Positions 49,735 to 59,339 of a DNA stretch of 64,000 nucleotides are shown here, one piece after another. Each line of letters starts with the position of its first letter. Positions within the stretch are counted from its first letter, which is position 1. The notes under the pieces were generated by a model that worked only from the letters and a program-made list of their open reading frames with translations, did no database searches and was not told where the DNA came from. Position numbers and translations under genes: made by a program. Source of the DNA: Gammaproteobacteria bacterium. GTDB lineage: Bacteria; Pseudomonadota; Gammaproteobacteria; UBA4575. The DNA is taken from NCBI GenBank assembly GCA_965221955.1, contig CBDCTA010000029.1:416001-480000 (forward strand), given 5' to 3'.

Positions 49735-51603
49735 TCAAGAAATTTTTACAGTATTAGTTTTTGTAAACTCTTGAATCGATTTCAAAATCGATTTTGCATC
49801 GAGTCCGGCTTCTTCTAGAAGTTCTTCGCGGGAGGCATGGTCTTGATAGATGTCAGGTAGGCCTAAGTTTTTAATTTTTATTTTAGTATTATTTGTTAAT
49901 ACTTCGTTTACTGCGCTGCCAGCGCCGCCTGCAACAACATTGTCTTCAACAGTAGCGATGAATTCATGCTGCTGAGCTATTTTTCCAACTAAAGCGGAAT
50001 CAATCGGTTTAACAAAGCGCATATTTACAACGGTTGCATCGAGCTCTTCGCCCGCTTGGAGTGCATCATAAACAGTGCTTCCGAAAGCCAATATTGCAAC
50101 ATCCTTTCCTTCACGAAGAACTTCGGCTTTGCCGATTTGAACTTCACGCATTTCAGGAGACACGGGAGCGCCTGGTCCGCTTCCACGCGGATAACGCACA
50201 GCAGTAGGGCAGTCTTGTAGGTGTGCGGTGTAAAGCATGCGTCGAGTTTCGTTTTCATTTGCGGGTGTCATGACAATCATGTTGGGAATGCAGCGTAAAT
50301 AAGTTAAGTCGAAACTGCCGGCATGCGTTTGTCCATCGGGGCCAACAACGCCTGCACGATCGATGGCAAAAACAACCGGTAAGTTTTGTACTGCGACATC
50401 GTGAATGAGTTGATCGTATGCGCGTTGTAAAAACGTTGAGTAAATTGCAACGACGGGTTTTAATTTTTCACATGCCATACCTGCTGCAAGGGTAACGGCA
50501 TGTTGTTCTGCAATCGCAACGTCGAAATATCGATTGGGGAATTTCTTTTCAAACTCTACTAGACCAGAACCTTCGCGCATTGCGGGAGTGATGGCGACAA
50601 CACGATCATCTTGTTCAGCAATATCACAAATCCAGTCGCTAAAAACTTTTGTATAGGTGGTTTTAGGTTTTTTATTTGATTTAACTACGCCCACATTTGG
50701 GTCAAATGAAGGTACCGCATGATAACCAACAGGGTCAGACTCGGCTTTTTCGTAACCTTTACCTTTGCGAGTTACAATGTGTAAAAGACGGGGGCCTTCT
50801 AAGCGTTTTAAATTTTGTAATGTTTTAGCTAAACCTGAAACATCGTGGCCATCGACAGGGCCAAAATAATTTACACCCATTTCTTCAAACAATGTGCCGG
50901 GTGCAATCATACCTTTAACATGTTCTTCAGCACGTTTAGCCAATTCATGAATGGGTGGGAGAGGTTCGAGTAATTTCTTACTGCCTTCACGCATGCTAGA
51001 CATCACACGACCCGATAAAATGCGTGTTAGATAATTTGTCATTGCACCTACGTTTGGTGAAATAGACATTTCGTTGTCATTTAGAATAACAAGTAAATCG
51101 GCTCTACAAGCGCCAAGATGGTTTAAGGCTTCATAAGCCAGTCCTGCAGTGAGTCCGCCATCGCCGATTACAGCTACAACTTTACGTTTCTCAGTTTGTT
51201 GGCTGGCAATCGCCATACCTAATGCTGCACTGATAGAAGTGCTAGAGTGACCTACACCGAAATGATCGTATTCACTTTCATTGCGTTTCGGGAAAGGTGC
51301 TAATCCATCTTTGGTGCGAATGGTAGTGATTTGATTTTTACGACCCGTAAGAATTTTATGTGGGTAACATTGGTGCCCAACATCCCACACAACTCGATCA
51401 TGCGGGGTATTAAATACATAATGCAATGCGGTAGTAATTTCGATTGCACCTAATCCTGCAGCAAAGTGCCCACCACTTGTTGCGACCGAGTCTAATAAAT
51501 AAGCGCGTAATTCTTGTGCTACTGCAGGCAAATGTTTGGCATCCAAGGCACGTAAGTCTGCGGGATACTCAATGTTGCTTAGTAATGGATATTGTTGGGT
51601 CAT
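49735..51603 (-). CDS. dxs: 1-deoxy-D-xylulose-5-phosphate synthase
   Basis: [57 protein letters not shown]. Confidence 0.98.
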   Translation of the reverse strand: MTQQYPLLSNIEYPADLRALDAKHLPAVAQELRAYLLDSVATSGGHFAAGLGAIEITTALHYVFNTPHDRVVWDVGHQCYPHKILTGRKNQITTIRTKDGLAPFPKRNESEYDHFGVGHSSTSISAALGMAIASQQTEKRKVVAVIGDGGLTAGLAYEALNHLGACRADLLVILNDNEMSISPNVGAMTNYLTRILSGRVMSSMREGSKKLLEPLPPIHELAKRAEEHVKGMIAPGTLFEEMGVNYFGPVDGHDVSGLAKTLQNLKRLEGPRLLHIVTRKGKGYEKAESDPVGYHAVPSFDPNVGVVKSNKKPKTTYTKVFSDWICDIAEQDDRVVAITPAMREGSGLVEFEKKFPNRYFDVAIAEQHAVTLAAGMACEKLKPVVAIYSTFLQRAYDQLIHDVAVQNLPVVFAIDRAGVVGPDGQTHAGSFDLTYLRCIPNMIVMTPANENETRRMLYTAHLQDCPTAVRYPRGSGPGAPVSPEMREVQIGKAEVLREGKDVAILAFGSTVYDALQAGEELDATVVNMRFVKPIDSALVGKIAQQHEFIATVEDNVVAGGAGSAVNEVLTNNTKIKIKNLGLPDIYQDHASREELLEEAGLDAKSILKSIQEFTKTNTVKIS

Positions 51604-51605
51604 TG

Positions 51606-52514
51606 TTACGAATTTCGATTGACCATATAGTTACTGATCATTCTTAAATTGTCAGCACGCTCATCTAGGTCTTGTAGCTCATTTAATGCCTCTTGCAACA
51701 AATTATTCGCGGTATTTTTGGCTTGTTCTACCCCCACAATGCTAGGGTAGGTAGGCTTATTTTGTGCCACATCTGAGCCCTGCGGTTTACCTAAGGTCTC
51801 GGTATCAGCCTGAATATCGAGGATATCGTCACGGATCTGAAAAGCGAGGCCTACTTTTTCTGCAAAATGTGCAAAGTGCGCAAAGGTTTTGGGGGTATTC
51901 ATATCACTGGCAACCACTGCCATAAGTACACTTGCTTGGATTAAAGCCGCAGTTTTAAGTGTATGCATGGTAGTAATTTGTGTTTCATCCAGCTGTTTAT
52001 TGACTGAGGCAAGGTCAATCGCTTGGCCTCCTGCCATGCCTAATGAGCCTGAAGCATTTGCGAGTAACTGAATCATTTTGACACGCTGGTCATTAGGTAC
52101 TTCTGCATTTGCAAGAATGGCAAATGCCAATGCTTGAATCGCATCACCTGCAAGAATGGCTGTCGCCTCGTCAAATGCTTTATGGCATGTAGGTTGGCCA
52201 CGACGTAAATCATCATCATCCATAGCAGGAAGATCGTCGTGAATGAGTGAGTAACTGTGCATCAGTTCGACAGCACAAGCAGCCGAATGTAAATGTTCTA
52301 TATTCGTATCTAGCGCTTCTCCCGTTGCGTATACAAGTGCAGGGCGAATACGTTTGCCGCCGCTCACGACAGAGTATCGCATGGCTTGATGCAATCTTTT
52401 AGGGGCGTCAGTTTCGTTAGGGAGTTTGTTTTCTAGTTGTTGGTTAACTTGATTTGCATATAGTGTAATTAATTCATCAACAGTGAGTTGTTGCATCAAT
52501 GTTTCACTATCCAT
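51606..52514 (-). CDS. ispA: Farnesyl diphosphate synthase
   Basis: [43 protein letters not shown]. Confidence 0.96.
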   Translation of the reverse strand: MDSETLMQQLTVDELITLYANQVNQQLENKLPNETDAPKRLHQAMRYSVVSGGKRIRPALVYATGEALDTNIEHLHSAACAVELMHSYSLIHDDLPAMDDDDLRRGQPTCHKAFDEATAILAGDAIQALAFAILANAEVPNDQRVKMIQLLANASGSLGMAGGQAIDLASVNKQLDETQITTMHTLKTAALIQASVLMAVVASDMNTPKTFAHFAHFAEKVGLAFQIRDDILDIQADTETLGKPQGSDVAQNKPTYPSIVGVEQAKNTANNLLQEALNELQDLDERADNLRMISNYMVNRNS

Positions 52515-52518
52515 TTCA

Positions 52519-52773
52519 TTAGTCTTTGAGGTCTTCACTATCATCGAGATCCTTCTCTATCCATTCTTGATCTTCTTTGCTCAAAACAGAAATTTTTTGT
52601 TCTGCTGTTTGCAAAGCTTGTCGGCATTCGCGCGTAAGTTTTACGCCTTGCTCAAAATTTTTAAGTGAGTCCTCTAATGAAAGGTCACCTTTTTCTAGTT
52701 TATCGACTAAGCTTTCTAATTGTTTTAGCGATTTTTCAAAATCTATAGTCTTTGTAGAGGGTTTACGCGCCAA
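52519..52773 (-). CDS. xseB: Exodeoxyribonuclease VII small subunit
   Basis: FEKSLKQLESLVDKLEKGDLSLEDSLKNFEQGVKL; xseB-ispA-dxs operon. Confidence 0.96.
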   Translation of the reverse strand: MARKPSTKTIDFEKSLKQLESLVDKLEKGDLSLEDSLKNFEQGVKLTRECRQALQTAEQKISVLSKEDQEWIEKDLDDSEDLKD

Positions 52774-52837
52774 AATTTTTTCCTATTTATATTTGATATA
52801 AGTCATAAAAGATCGTTTTGAATTTGATCGATTCAGG

Positions 52838-52866
52838 TTGACATGTTTTTAGACCTAGTCTAGAGT
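52838..52866 (+). promoter_or_regulatory. Sigma70 promoter of the rubrerythrin operon
   Basis: TTGACA-N17-TAGAGT. Confidence 0.7.
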
Positions 52867-52892
52867 TTCACACAGTTTAGACTAAGTCTAAA
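52848..52892. promoter_or_regulatory. Tandem palindromic operators (TTTAGAC-N3-GTCTAAA), candidate Fur-family (Irr/PerR-like) sites
   Basis: TTTAGACCTAGTCTAGA (52848-52864) and perfect TTTAGACT-A-AGTCTAAA (52876-52892) overlap the -10 and the start region. Confidence 0.7.
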
Positions 52893-52955
52893 TCATACAA
52901 AACCGGCAAATTCATTATGACTTTGCTGTAATCATAATAGCTGGAGGTAGCGATA

Positions 52956-53372
52956 ATGTCTCTAAAAGGCAGTAAAACTGAAGAAAATTTAAAAGCCGCA
53001 TTTGCGGGTGAATCACAAGCTAACCGTCGATATCTATATTTCGCTGCGAAAGCAGACGTAGAAGGTTACAACGACGTATCTGCAGTATTTCGCTCAACTG
53101 CGGAAGGCGAGACAGGTCATGCGCACGGCCACTTAGAATACTTAGAAGAGTGTGGTGATCCTGCTACAGGTCTACCAATTGGTGGCACGAGCGATAACTT
53201 GAAAGCAGCTATCGCAGGTGAAACGCATGAGTATACAGATATGTATCCAGGCATGGCGAAAACCGCTCGCGAAGAAAACTTTGACGAAGTTGCAGACTGG
53301 TTTGAAACGCTAGCGAAAGCAGAGCGTTCGCACGCAAACCGTTTCCAAAAAGCTTTAGACACTTTAGATTAA
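52956..53372 (+). CDS. Rubrerythrin (short type lacking the rubredoxin domain)
   Basis: [39 protein letters not shown] diiron ligands. Confidence 0.95.
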   Translation: MSLKGSKTEENLKAAFAGESQANRRYLYFAAKADVEGYNDVSAVFRSTAEGETGHAHGHLEYLEECGDPATGLPIGGTSDNLKAAIAGETHEYTDMYPGMAKTAREENFDEVADWFETLAKAERSHANRFQKALDTLD

Positions 53373-53411
53373 GTTTTCAACTAGTCTAGGTGACTGAACA
53401 AAATCACCGAA

Positions 53412-53466
53412 AAGATTTTGCATAGTACAAACCGTAACAATGCGGTTTGTGCCTTGCAAAAATCTT
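53412..53466 (+). terminator. Long intergenic hairpin after rubrerythrin (attenuator or mRNA stabiliser)
   Basis: AAGATTTTGCA..TACAAACCG-TAACAATG-CGGTTTGTG..TGCAAAAATCTT. Confidence 0.5.
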
Positions 53467-53491
53467 CCACGACGCAACAGGATAATCTTTT

Positions 53492-54820
53492 ATGAGAGAA
53501 GGTAGCTTAGAAGCACCTACACGGCATTCTATTGATTGGCAAGATCCAAAGTTTTATGACGAGGACGACCTTAATAAAGAATTAGAGCGTGTATACGATA
53601 TCTGCCATGGTTGCAGACGTTGCGTAAGCTTATGTAATTCTTTTCCAACCCTATTTGATTTGGTGGATGAATCAGAAACCATGGAAGTAGATGGTATTGC
53701 AAAGGAAGATTACATCAAAGTGGTTGATCATTGTTATTTATGTGATCTTTGTTTTCTAACTAAATGCCCCTATGTGCCTCCACATGAATGGAACGTAGAT
53801 TTCCCCCATCTAATGTTGCGCGCCAAAGCCATTAAATTTAAAAAGCAGGGTGCATCCAAGCGTGACAACATGCTGAGCAACACGGATAAAAACGGCAGGT
53901 TTTACGGTATTCCAATAATCACGCAAATGGTTAACGCCGTTAATAAAAACACTTTTGCGCGTAAACAGATTAAGAAGTCACTAGGAATTCATCCTGATGC
54001 TTATTTGCCCGCTTACGTAAGTAAGTCAGCAAAAAAACAGTTTGGTAAGCGCCAATCGGCAGTAAATAATCCCACTGCTGTAGGCAGCACAACAGGCAAA
54101 GTAGCCATTTATGCTACGTGTTACGGGAATCATAATGAACCCGGTTTAGTGGAAGGTCTCATTAAAATTTTTGAGCACAACAGCATTGAGACTAAACTTA
54201 TTACTCAAGACAAGTGTTGCAGCATGCCAAAGTTAGAGCTGGGTGATCTCGAATCTGTAGCGACCAATAAAGAGCACAATGTTCCTATCATGTTGGGTGT
54301 CATTGAAGATGGTTGGGATATTATTGCTCCGATACCTTCTTGTGTGTTGATGTTTAAGCAAGAGTTGCCACTGATGTTTCCAAAAGATGAGGCGTTAAAA
54401 AAAGTTCAACAATCCATTTTTGATCCGTTTGAATATTTAGCATTACGCCATAAAGAAGAGTTGCTCAATACGGACTTTAAAACTTCACTGGGTAAAATTT
54501 CTTATCACGCGCCGTGCCATTTGCGTGTACAAAACATGGGAAACAAAACGCGTGATATTTTGAATCTCGTGCCTGATACAGAAATTGAACTGATTGAACG
54601 ATGTGCCGGACATGATGGAACCTATGCAGTCAAAGAAGAATTTCATGAAGTATCGATGAAAATTGCACGCCCTGTTGTGAATAAAATTAAGAAAAACGAA
54701 CCTAATTACTTTTCTAGTGACTGCCCGTTAGCAGGTCATCATTTAGCAAATGGTATTGATCAAAATAAAACATCCCCCACACACCCTATAACATTACTAC
54801 GCATGGCCTACGGTATTTGA
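53492..54820 (+). CDS. Fe-S oxidoreductase (GlpC/heterodisulfide reductase-related) of the rubrerythrin cluster
   Basis: MREGSLEAPTRH, CHGCRRCVSLC, CYLCDLC..KCPY, CCG-type cysteine-rich domains. Confidence 0.9.
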   Translation: MREGSLEAPTRHSIDWQDPKFYDEDDLNKELERVYDICHGCRRCVSLCNSFPTLFDLVDESETMEVDGIAKEDYIKVVDHCYLCDLCFLTKCPYVPPHEWNVDFPHLMLRAKAIKFKKQGASKRDNMLSNTDKNGRFYGIPIITQMVNAVNKNTFARKQIKKSLGIHPDAYLPAYVSKSAKKQFGKRQSAVNNPTAVGSTTGKVAIYATCYGNHNEPGLVEGLIKIFEHNSIETKLITQDKCCSMPKLELGDLESVATNKEHNVPIMLGVIEDGWDIIAPIPSCVLMFKQELPLMFPKDEALKKVQQSIFDPFEYLALRHKEELLNTDFKTSLGKISYHAPCHLRVQNMGNKTRDILNLVPDTEIELIERCAGHDGTYAVKEEFHEVSMKIARPVVNKIKKNEPNYFSSDCPLAGHHLANGIDQNKTSPTHPITLLRMAYGI

Positions 54821-54821
54821 T

Positions 54822-55406
54822 ATGCAAAAGTTAGCGCGACAAGATTTACATTCTTTAGAAGATTATTCTGCCATGCGCGATGAATTTCGCGCACAAGTAA
54901 TTCAACATAAAAAAAACCGTGTGTTGCAAGTAGGCCCCAATGTCACCATGCATTTTGAAGACAGACTCATCATGCAGTACCAAATACAAGAAATGCTACG
55001 TGCGGAAAAAATATTTGAAAGTGATGGGATTCAAGAAGAGCTCGATGCCTACAATCCAATGATTCCAGATGGGAGTAATTGGAAAGTTACCTTTATGATT
55101 GAATTTCCAGATCCAGATGAACGTGCTATTAGGTTAAGAGAAATGCTAGGCATTGAAGATGCAACCTATATACAAGTTTCAGGGCACGACAAAGTGAACC
55201 CTATCAGTGATGAAGATTTGCCACGTGAAACCGAGGAAAAAACCTCATCTGTACACTTTATGCGTTTTGAACTTACTGATGAAATGATAAGTGACCTTAA
55301 GAGCGGAGCGGCATTAAGTGTGGGGATTGATCACCCGAAATATCAGCATGCGATTGAAGCATTACCTGCTTCGGTGAGAGATTCTTTGATAGCAGATCTA
55401 GATTAG
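54822..55406 (+). CDS. DUF3501 family protein
   Basis: QYQIQEMLRAE, ELDAYNPMIP, KTSSVHFMRFE; third gene of the rubrerythrin/FeS/DUF3501 cluster. Confidence 0.9.
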   Translation: MQKLARQDLHSLEDYSAMRDEFRAQVIQHKKNRVLQVGPNVTMHFEDRLIMQYQIQEMLRAEKIFESDGIQEELDAYNPMIPDGSNWKVTFMIEFPDPDERAIRLREMLGIEDATYIQVSGHDKVNPISDEDLPRETEEKTSSVHFMRFELTDEMISDLKSGAALSVGIDHPKYQHAIEALPASVRDSLIADLD

Positions 55407-55478
55407 ATATGGATTTCCTGTTTAAAGATCTTTTGGAACCAAGCGTATGCGTAGAGAAAGTATCTTTCTATCCTTGAA

Positions 55479-55505
55479 ATTTCATTGGGACAAAGCCAGT
55501 GAAAT
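55479..55505. terminator. Hairpin between the convergent DUF3501 and fnr-like genes
   Basis: ATTTCATTGG-GACAAAG-CCAGTGAAAT. Confidence 0.4.
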
Positions 55506-55699
55506 AAAACTTTAGTTTATAAATAACCTTCTCTACAACATACTTAACATATCCACATAGGCGAGGATAGCATTCATTAGTTTTTGAGTACCTGATTGTG
55601 ATCAGTCAGATTGCACTTTTAATAAGTATTTATATGACAGACAGGTGTTACAGGGCTAACTAATAAAATTAAATATTGGGATTATTTTGATATTTAGTT

Positions 55700-56473
55700 T
55701 TAGTGGAATAGGCTTAAATCATATTCAGAAAAACTGCGTAGTGTTTCATAGCTTAAAATTTTAATACTTTTTCTTTCTGCCTCAATAAGCTGGTGTTCAC
55801 GAAGCTTTGAAAATGCTCTACTTATTGTTTCATCGGCCAAGCCTAAATAACTACCAATGTCATATCGGCTCATCGACAAGTTAAAATTAATCGGACAATG
55901 TCCTCGTTCTTTACGTCTATCAGATATATTTACTATAAATGAAGCTAATCGTTGTTCAGGATTCTTGTTTGCAAGCAGTGCTAACATGAAGTGTGTTTTT
56001 GTAGTTTCATCGCGCATAAGATTTATTAAGCGACTATGTAATTTTAGACTTTTTAAACATAAACTATTTAATTCATTAAATGGGAAGGCGCAAATAACAG
56101 AATTTTCCAATGCGATACCTGAACAGTTATGAATTTTATCATCTAACCCGTAAAATCCAGTCAATTCACCAGGTAAGTGAAACCCTATGATCTTCTCTAT
56201 ACCATTTTTTAATGGTATTTGTGTTTTCACAGAGCCTGATTGAACAGCATAAATACAACCAGATTTTTCTTTATATTGAAAAATCAATTCTCCTTTTCGT
56301 ACTAATTTTCGATGCTTTATTGCTTGATCTAAAACATCAACATCAGATTGTTCGAGCCCTCTAGGTAGACAGATATCACTAATCAAACAATTACTACAAT
56401 TGGATTTAATAGATTTATTATTTGGGTCTTTTGAATGCCAAGGTAGTATTTGCTCGTCTAAGACAGTTTTCAT
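55700..56473 (-). CDS. FNR-type Crp/Fnr family regulator with [4Fe-4S] cysteine ligands
   Basis: CSNCLISDIC (Cx2Cx5C), central Cys in VICAFP, GFHLPGE, HTH SRYDIGSYLGLADETISR. Confidence 0.9.
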   Translation of the reverse strand: MKTVLDEQILPWHSKDPNNKSIKSNCSNCLISDICLPRGLEQSDVDVLDQAIKHRKLVRKGELIFQYKEKSGCIYAVQSGSVKTQIPLKNGIEKIIGFHLPGELTGFYGLDDKIHNCSGIALENSVICAFPFNELNSLCLKSLKLHSRLINLMRDETTKTHFMLALLANKNPEQRLASFIVNISDRRKERGHCPINFNLSMSRYDIGSYLGLADETISRAFSKLREHQLIEAERKSIKILSYETLRSFSEYDLSLFH

Positions 56474-56514
56474 AATGAGGTCTTTGAATTATGTTTATTG
56501 CTAACACTGAACTA

Positions 56515-56530
56515 AGCAATTAGCAGGCCA
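56515..56530 (-). promoter_or_regulatory. Sigma54 promoter of the fnr-like gene
   Basis: Minus strand TGGCCT-GCTAA-TTGCT with exact -24 GG / -12 GC spacing, about 40 bp upstream of the ATG. Confidence 0.65.
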
Positions 56531-56959
56531 AATGTGTTTGGCTTTAATAAGTCTCTGAATTTTATATAGATAATTTAAATATTAAGTTATGAAATTTTTT
56601 CAGATGTTTCATTTCCTTAAACTCAATTACAAATAATGAAACAAATAAATATTTTAGAAAGAATCTACCGTTTCATTATGAAACTGGCTTTATTCATTGA
56701 GTATAGGATTTTAACTTAAATAAGTTTTCTGAATTGTTAGTTTCAACGACAAAAAATACGCTTATCTCAATCTTGAGAGCTTGAGCCAAACCACCAAAAC
56801 CTATCACCAGTCTTACTACTAGATGGTTCATAAATTATGATCTTTACAAGAAAAAGTAAAATAACAGATCAGCTGAAATAGTTTTAATTTTTATTTCAAA
56901 CCCACAAAAAACCCTCATTTTATAAACAATAAGTATTTTAATTTTTTCTTATTTATTTA

Positions 56960-56975
56960 ACTGATCAGAATCAGT
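56960..56975. promoter_or_regulatory. FNR-box-like palindrome
   Basis: ACTGAT-CAGA-ATCAGT versus FNR consensus TTGAT-N4-ATCAA; a second CTGAT-N4-ATCAG lies at 55592-55605. Confidence 0.45.
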
Positions 56976-57139
56976 GTAATAAATGGTCATAATTTTTAGA
57001 ATAAAGTTCTATGAATGATTAGGAAGAGAGATTAATTGAAGTATTTATTTGTAAATCAACATTTATAAATACATGGATATATTCTTACTATTAGCAATGG
57101 AAATTATATGCTAGTAAATAAATTAGTAGAGTTAAATTA

Positions 57140-57457
57140 GTGGCGCAGATTCACCCAAAATATAAAATATTGGTGTTGCATACTGACACTGGCATTATTC
57201 GCACTGATACCTCTACATTACTTGCTGCTGATCAAGAAAATAATAAATTATTATTTCGGGCTTTAAATTCAGAGTATTTTGTACAAGATGACTGTAACGA
57301 AAGTATAACGATTGTTGAAATAGAACAAGCAGAAGAGATATGGCGCACTATGCCTATAAAAATAGTATCTGACTTGATTTCAGCTATACCTAATTATTGT
57401 GTAGGGACAAGACAAAATTTTTATAAAAGAACAAAACTTGTCGGAAATTCTTACTAA
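57140..57457 (+). CDS. Hypothetical protein
   Basis: 105-codon ORF in very AT-rich DNA, upstream of and co-oriented with the monooxygenase; no recognised motif. Confidence 0.45.
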   Translation: MAQIHPKYKILVLHTDTGIIRTDTSTLLAADQENNKLLFRALNSEYFVQDDCNESITIVEIEQAEEIWRTMPIKIVSDLISAIPNYCVGTRQNFYKRTKLVGNSY

Positions 57458-57591
57458 ATACATTGCTCAAAAATTTCAATATTTTTAGTTGTAGAGATTG
57501 TATTGATCAAAAGTTCAATTGTATTAAATCACTAAAGATAAAACGAAGACCAATAATTAATAACAGATAGTAAAATGGAGAAGTTCTAATT

Positions 57592-59061
57592 ATGAATGAT
57601 GATAGTAATCAAAGTGGGAAAAAACGCATTATTTTAAACTGTTTTGATATGACATGCGTCAGTCACCAGTCGTCTGGAATGTGGCGTCATCCAAATAGTC
57701 AGGCTGGGCGATACAATGATATTGAATATTGGACTAATTTGGCGATTGAGCTAGAGCGTGGCTTCTTTGATTGTATGTTTATAGCAGATGTTGTTGGGGT
57801 TTATGATGTATATCGTGGCACTGCAGCAGCAGCACTTAAAGATGCTGCTCAAGTGCCTGTAAATGACCCCTTTGCACAAATAGCAGCGATGTCTGCAGTT
57901 ACTAAGAATGTGGGTTTTGGGTGTACTGCTGCCGTGACGTTTGAACATCCCTACCTGCTAGCTAGTCGACTCACTACTCTTGATCACCTAACCAAAGGCC
58001 GAGTTGCGTGGAATGTTGTGTCTTCATATTTAAATAGTGCTGCACTTAATATCGGCATGGATCGGCAAATGGAGCACGATGAGCGCTATGACTTTGCGGA
58101 TGAGTACATGGAAGTGATGTATAAACTTTGGGAAGCATCATGGGAAGAGGGTGCAGTGCACAGAAACAAAGAAACTGGAATCTTTACAGATCCTAAAAAA
58201 GTGCACCCCATCAAGCATGAAGGTAAATACTTTAAGGTACCAGGTTTTCATTTAGGCGAGCCATCCCCACAGCGCACCCCTGTAATTTTCCAGGCAGGAG
58301 CTTCGGGTCGTGGTAGAAGGTTTGCGGCTGAGCATTGTGAAGCCATGTTTATTTTGACTACTAGCCCAGATCATGCCCATAAAGTTACAAATGAGATACG
58401 AGATGTTGTTGAAAAAGCGGGTCGTCCACGAGATTCAATTAAAATCTTTACACTTTTAACAGTGGTTACAGGCTCTACAAATGCTCAAGCTGAGCAAAAG
58501 TATGAAGATTACTTACAATATGCGAGTCCTGAAGGCATGTTGGCTCTTTATGGTGGTTGGACTGGTATCGATTTCTCTAAACTTGATCCCGATGAACCAT
58601 TGCAAGCAATGGATAATGATAGTCTACGTACTACACTTGAATCGCTTACAGAGGATGGTGGCAAAAATGTTTCAGTACGAGATGTGATTAAAGAGCGCTG
58701 CATTGGTGGGCTTGGTCCAGTGCTTGTAGGTGGACCAGAAAAAGTCGCTGATGAGCTAGAACGTTGGGTTGATCATGGCGGCGTCGATGGCTTTAACCTT
58801 GCCTATGCAATTACACCTGGGTCTGTGACAGATTTTATAGATTATGTCAGGCCTGAGCTTGTGAAACGTGGTCGTGCGCAGACGTCATATGCACCAGGTA
58901 CGTTACGCGAGAAACTAGTGGCACGAGCAAATGGTAGATATACTGCTGACGATCACCCAGCAACTCAATACCGTGGATCGTTAGCGGGTAAAGAGAGTGT
59001 TGATGACGATACTACTGAATCTCCATGGGCAGAAGCCGATACTCCGTTTCATGCGCACTAA
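57592..59061 (+). CDS. dmoA: FMNH2-dependent monooxygenase, NtaA/DszA/DmoA family; closely resembles dimethylsulfide monooxygenase DmoA
   Basis: Family motifs FIADVVG, LDHLTKGRVAWNVVSS, EPSPQRTPVIFQAGAS, DGFNL. Segments DMTCVSHQS, SSYLNSAALNIGMD, EGMLALYGGWTGIDF, DSLRTTLESLT, ERCIGGLGPVLVGGP and GKESV match my recollection of Hyphomicrobium sulfonivorans DmoA (recalled, not computed). Confidence 0.75.
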   Translation: MNDDSNQSGKKRIILNCFDMTCVSHQSSGMWRHPNSQAGRYNDIEYWTNLAIELERGFFDCMFIADVVGVYDVYRGTAAAALKDAAQVPVNDPFAQIAAMSAVTKNVGFGCTAAVTFEHPYLLASRLTTLDHLTKGRVAWNVVSSYLNSAALNIGMDRQMEHDERYDFADEYMEVMYKLWEASWEEGAVHRNKETGIFTDPKKVHPIKHEGKYFKVPGFHLGEPSPQRTPVIFQAGASGRGRRFAAEHCEAMFILTTSPDHAHKVTNEIRDVVEKAGRPRDSIKIFTLLTVVTGSTNAQAEQKYEDYLQYASPEGMLALYGGWTGIDFSKLDPDEPLQAMDNDSLRTTLESLTEDGGKNVSVRDVIKERCIGGLGPVLVGGPEKVADELERWVDHGGVDGFNLAYAITPGSVTDFIDYVRPELVKRGRAQTSYAPGTLREKLVARANGRYTADDHPATQYRGSLAGKESVDDDTTESPWAEADTPFHAH

Positions 59062-59082
59062 AAATTAATTACAAGTTTAAAT

Positions 59083-59223
59083 GCTTAACAATGTATAGCT
59101 AGCAAGCCCTGCATTGTTGAATTGATTAATTTATGGCAGCAAAGTTGTTATTTTATATTTACTTCCAATGCGGGCAAGTAAAAGTAGGCTAAAGTTTTGC
59201 GGCCATTCATTAATCAGTTAAGC
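59083..59223. other. Double long hairpin (structured RNA or attC-like/repeat remnant)
   Basis: AACAATG/CATTGTT stem; AATTGATTAATTTATGGCAGCAAA / TTTGCGGCCATTCATTAATCAGTT stem with inner TTTACTT/AAGTAAA; bounded by GCTTAAC and GTTAAGC. Confidence 0.45.
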
Positions 59224-59339
59224 AATATAAGTTTTTAACCCGCTAAATTTTTTATGAAAGAAATAATTAAGACTTATTACGAAAATTACTTTTAAAAGAT
59301 TAATGTAAAAGTTAAAAACAAGTAAACTAGGAGGATGTT

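Noticed and set aside
49609-49818. ORF MSAIGQRRTF... (69 aa)
   Set aside because: It starts inside palindromic site copy 2, runs through copy 3 and overlaps dxs antisense; a by-product of the repeats
52793-52806. TTGAT-ATAA-GTCAT as an FNR box near xseB/rubrerythrin
   Set aside because: The right half-site matches only 3/5 in AT-rich DNA
52956-55406. Rubrerythrin + Fe-S oxidoreductase + DUF3501 cluster as a new system
   Set aside because: Already a recognised conserved cluster of aerobic-type rubrerythrins; only its operator is flagged
55548-55578. Possible fifth ~30-bp site at the left edge of the fnr island (CATATCCAC...GCATTCATT)
   Set aside because: Only about half the positions match copy 2 and a gap is needed; not distinguishable from chance
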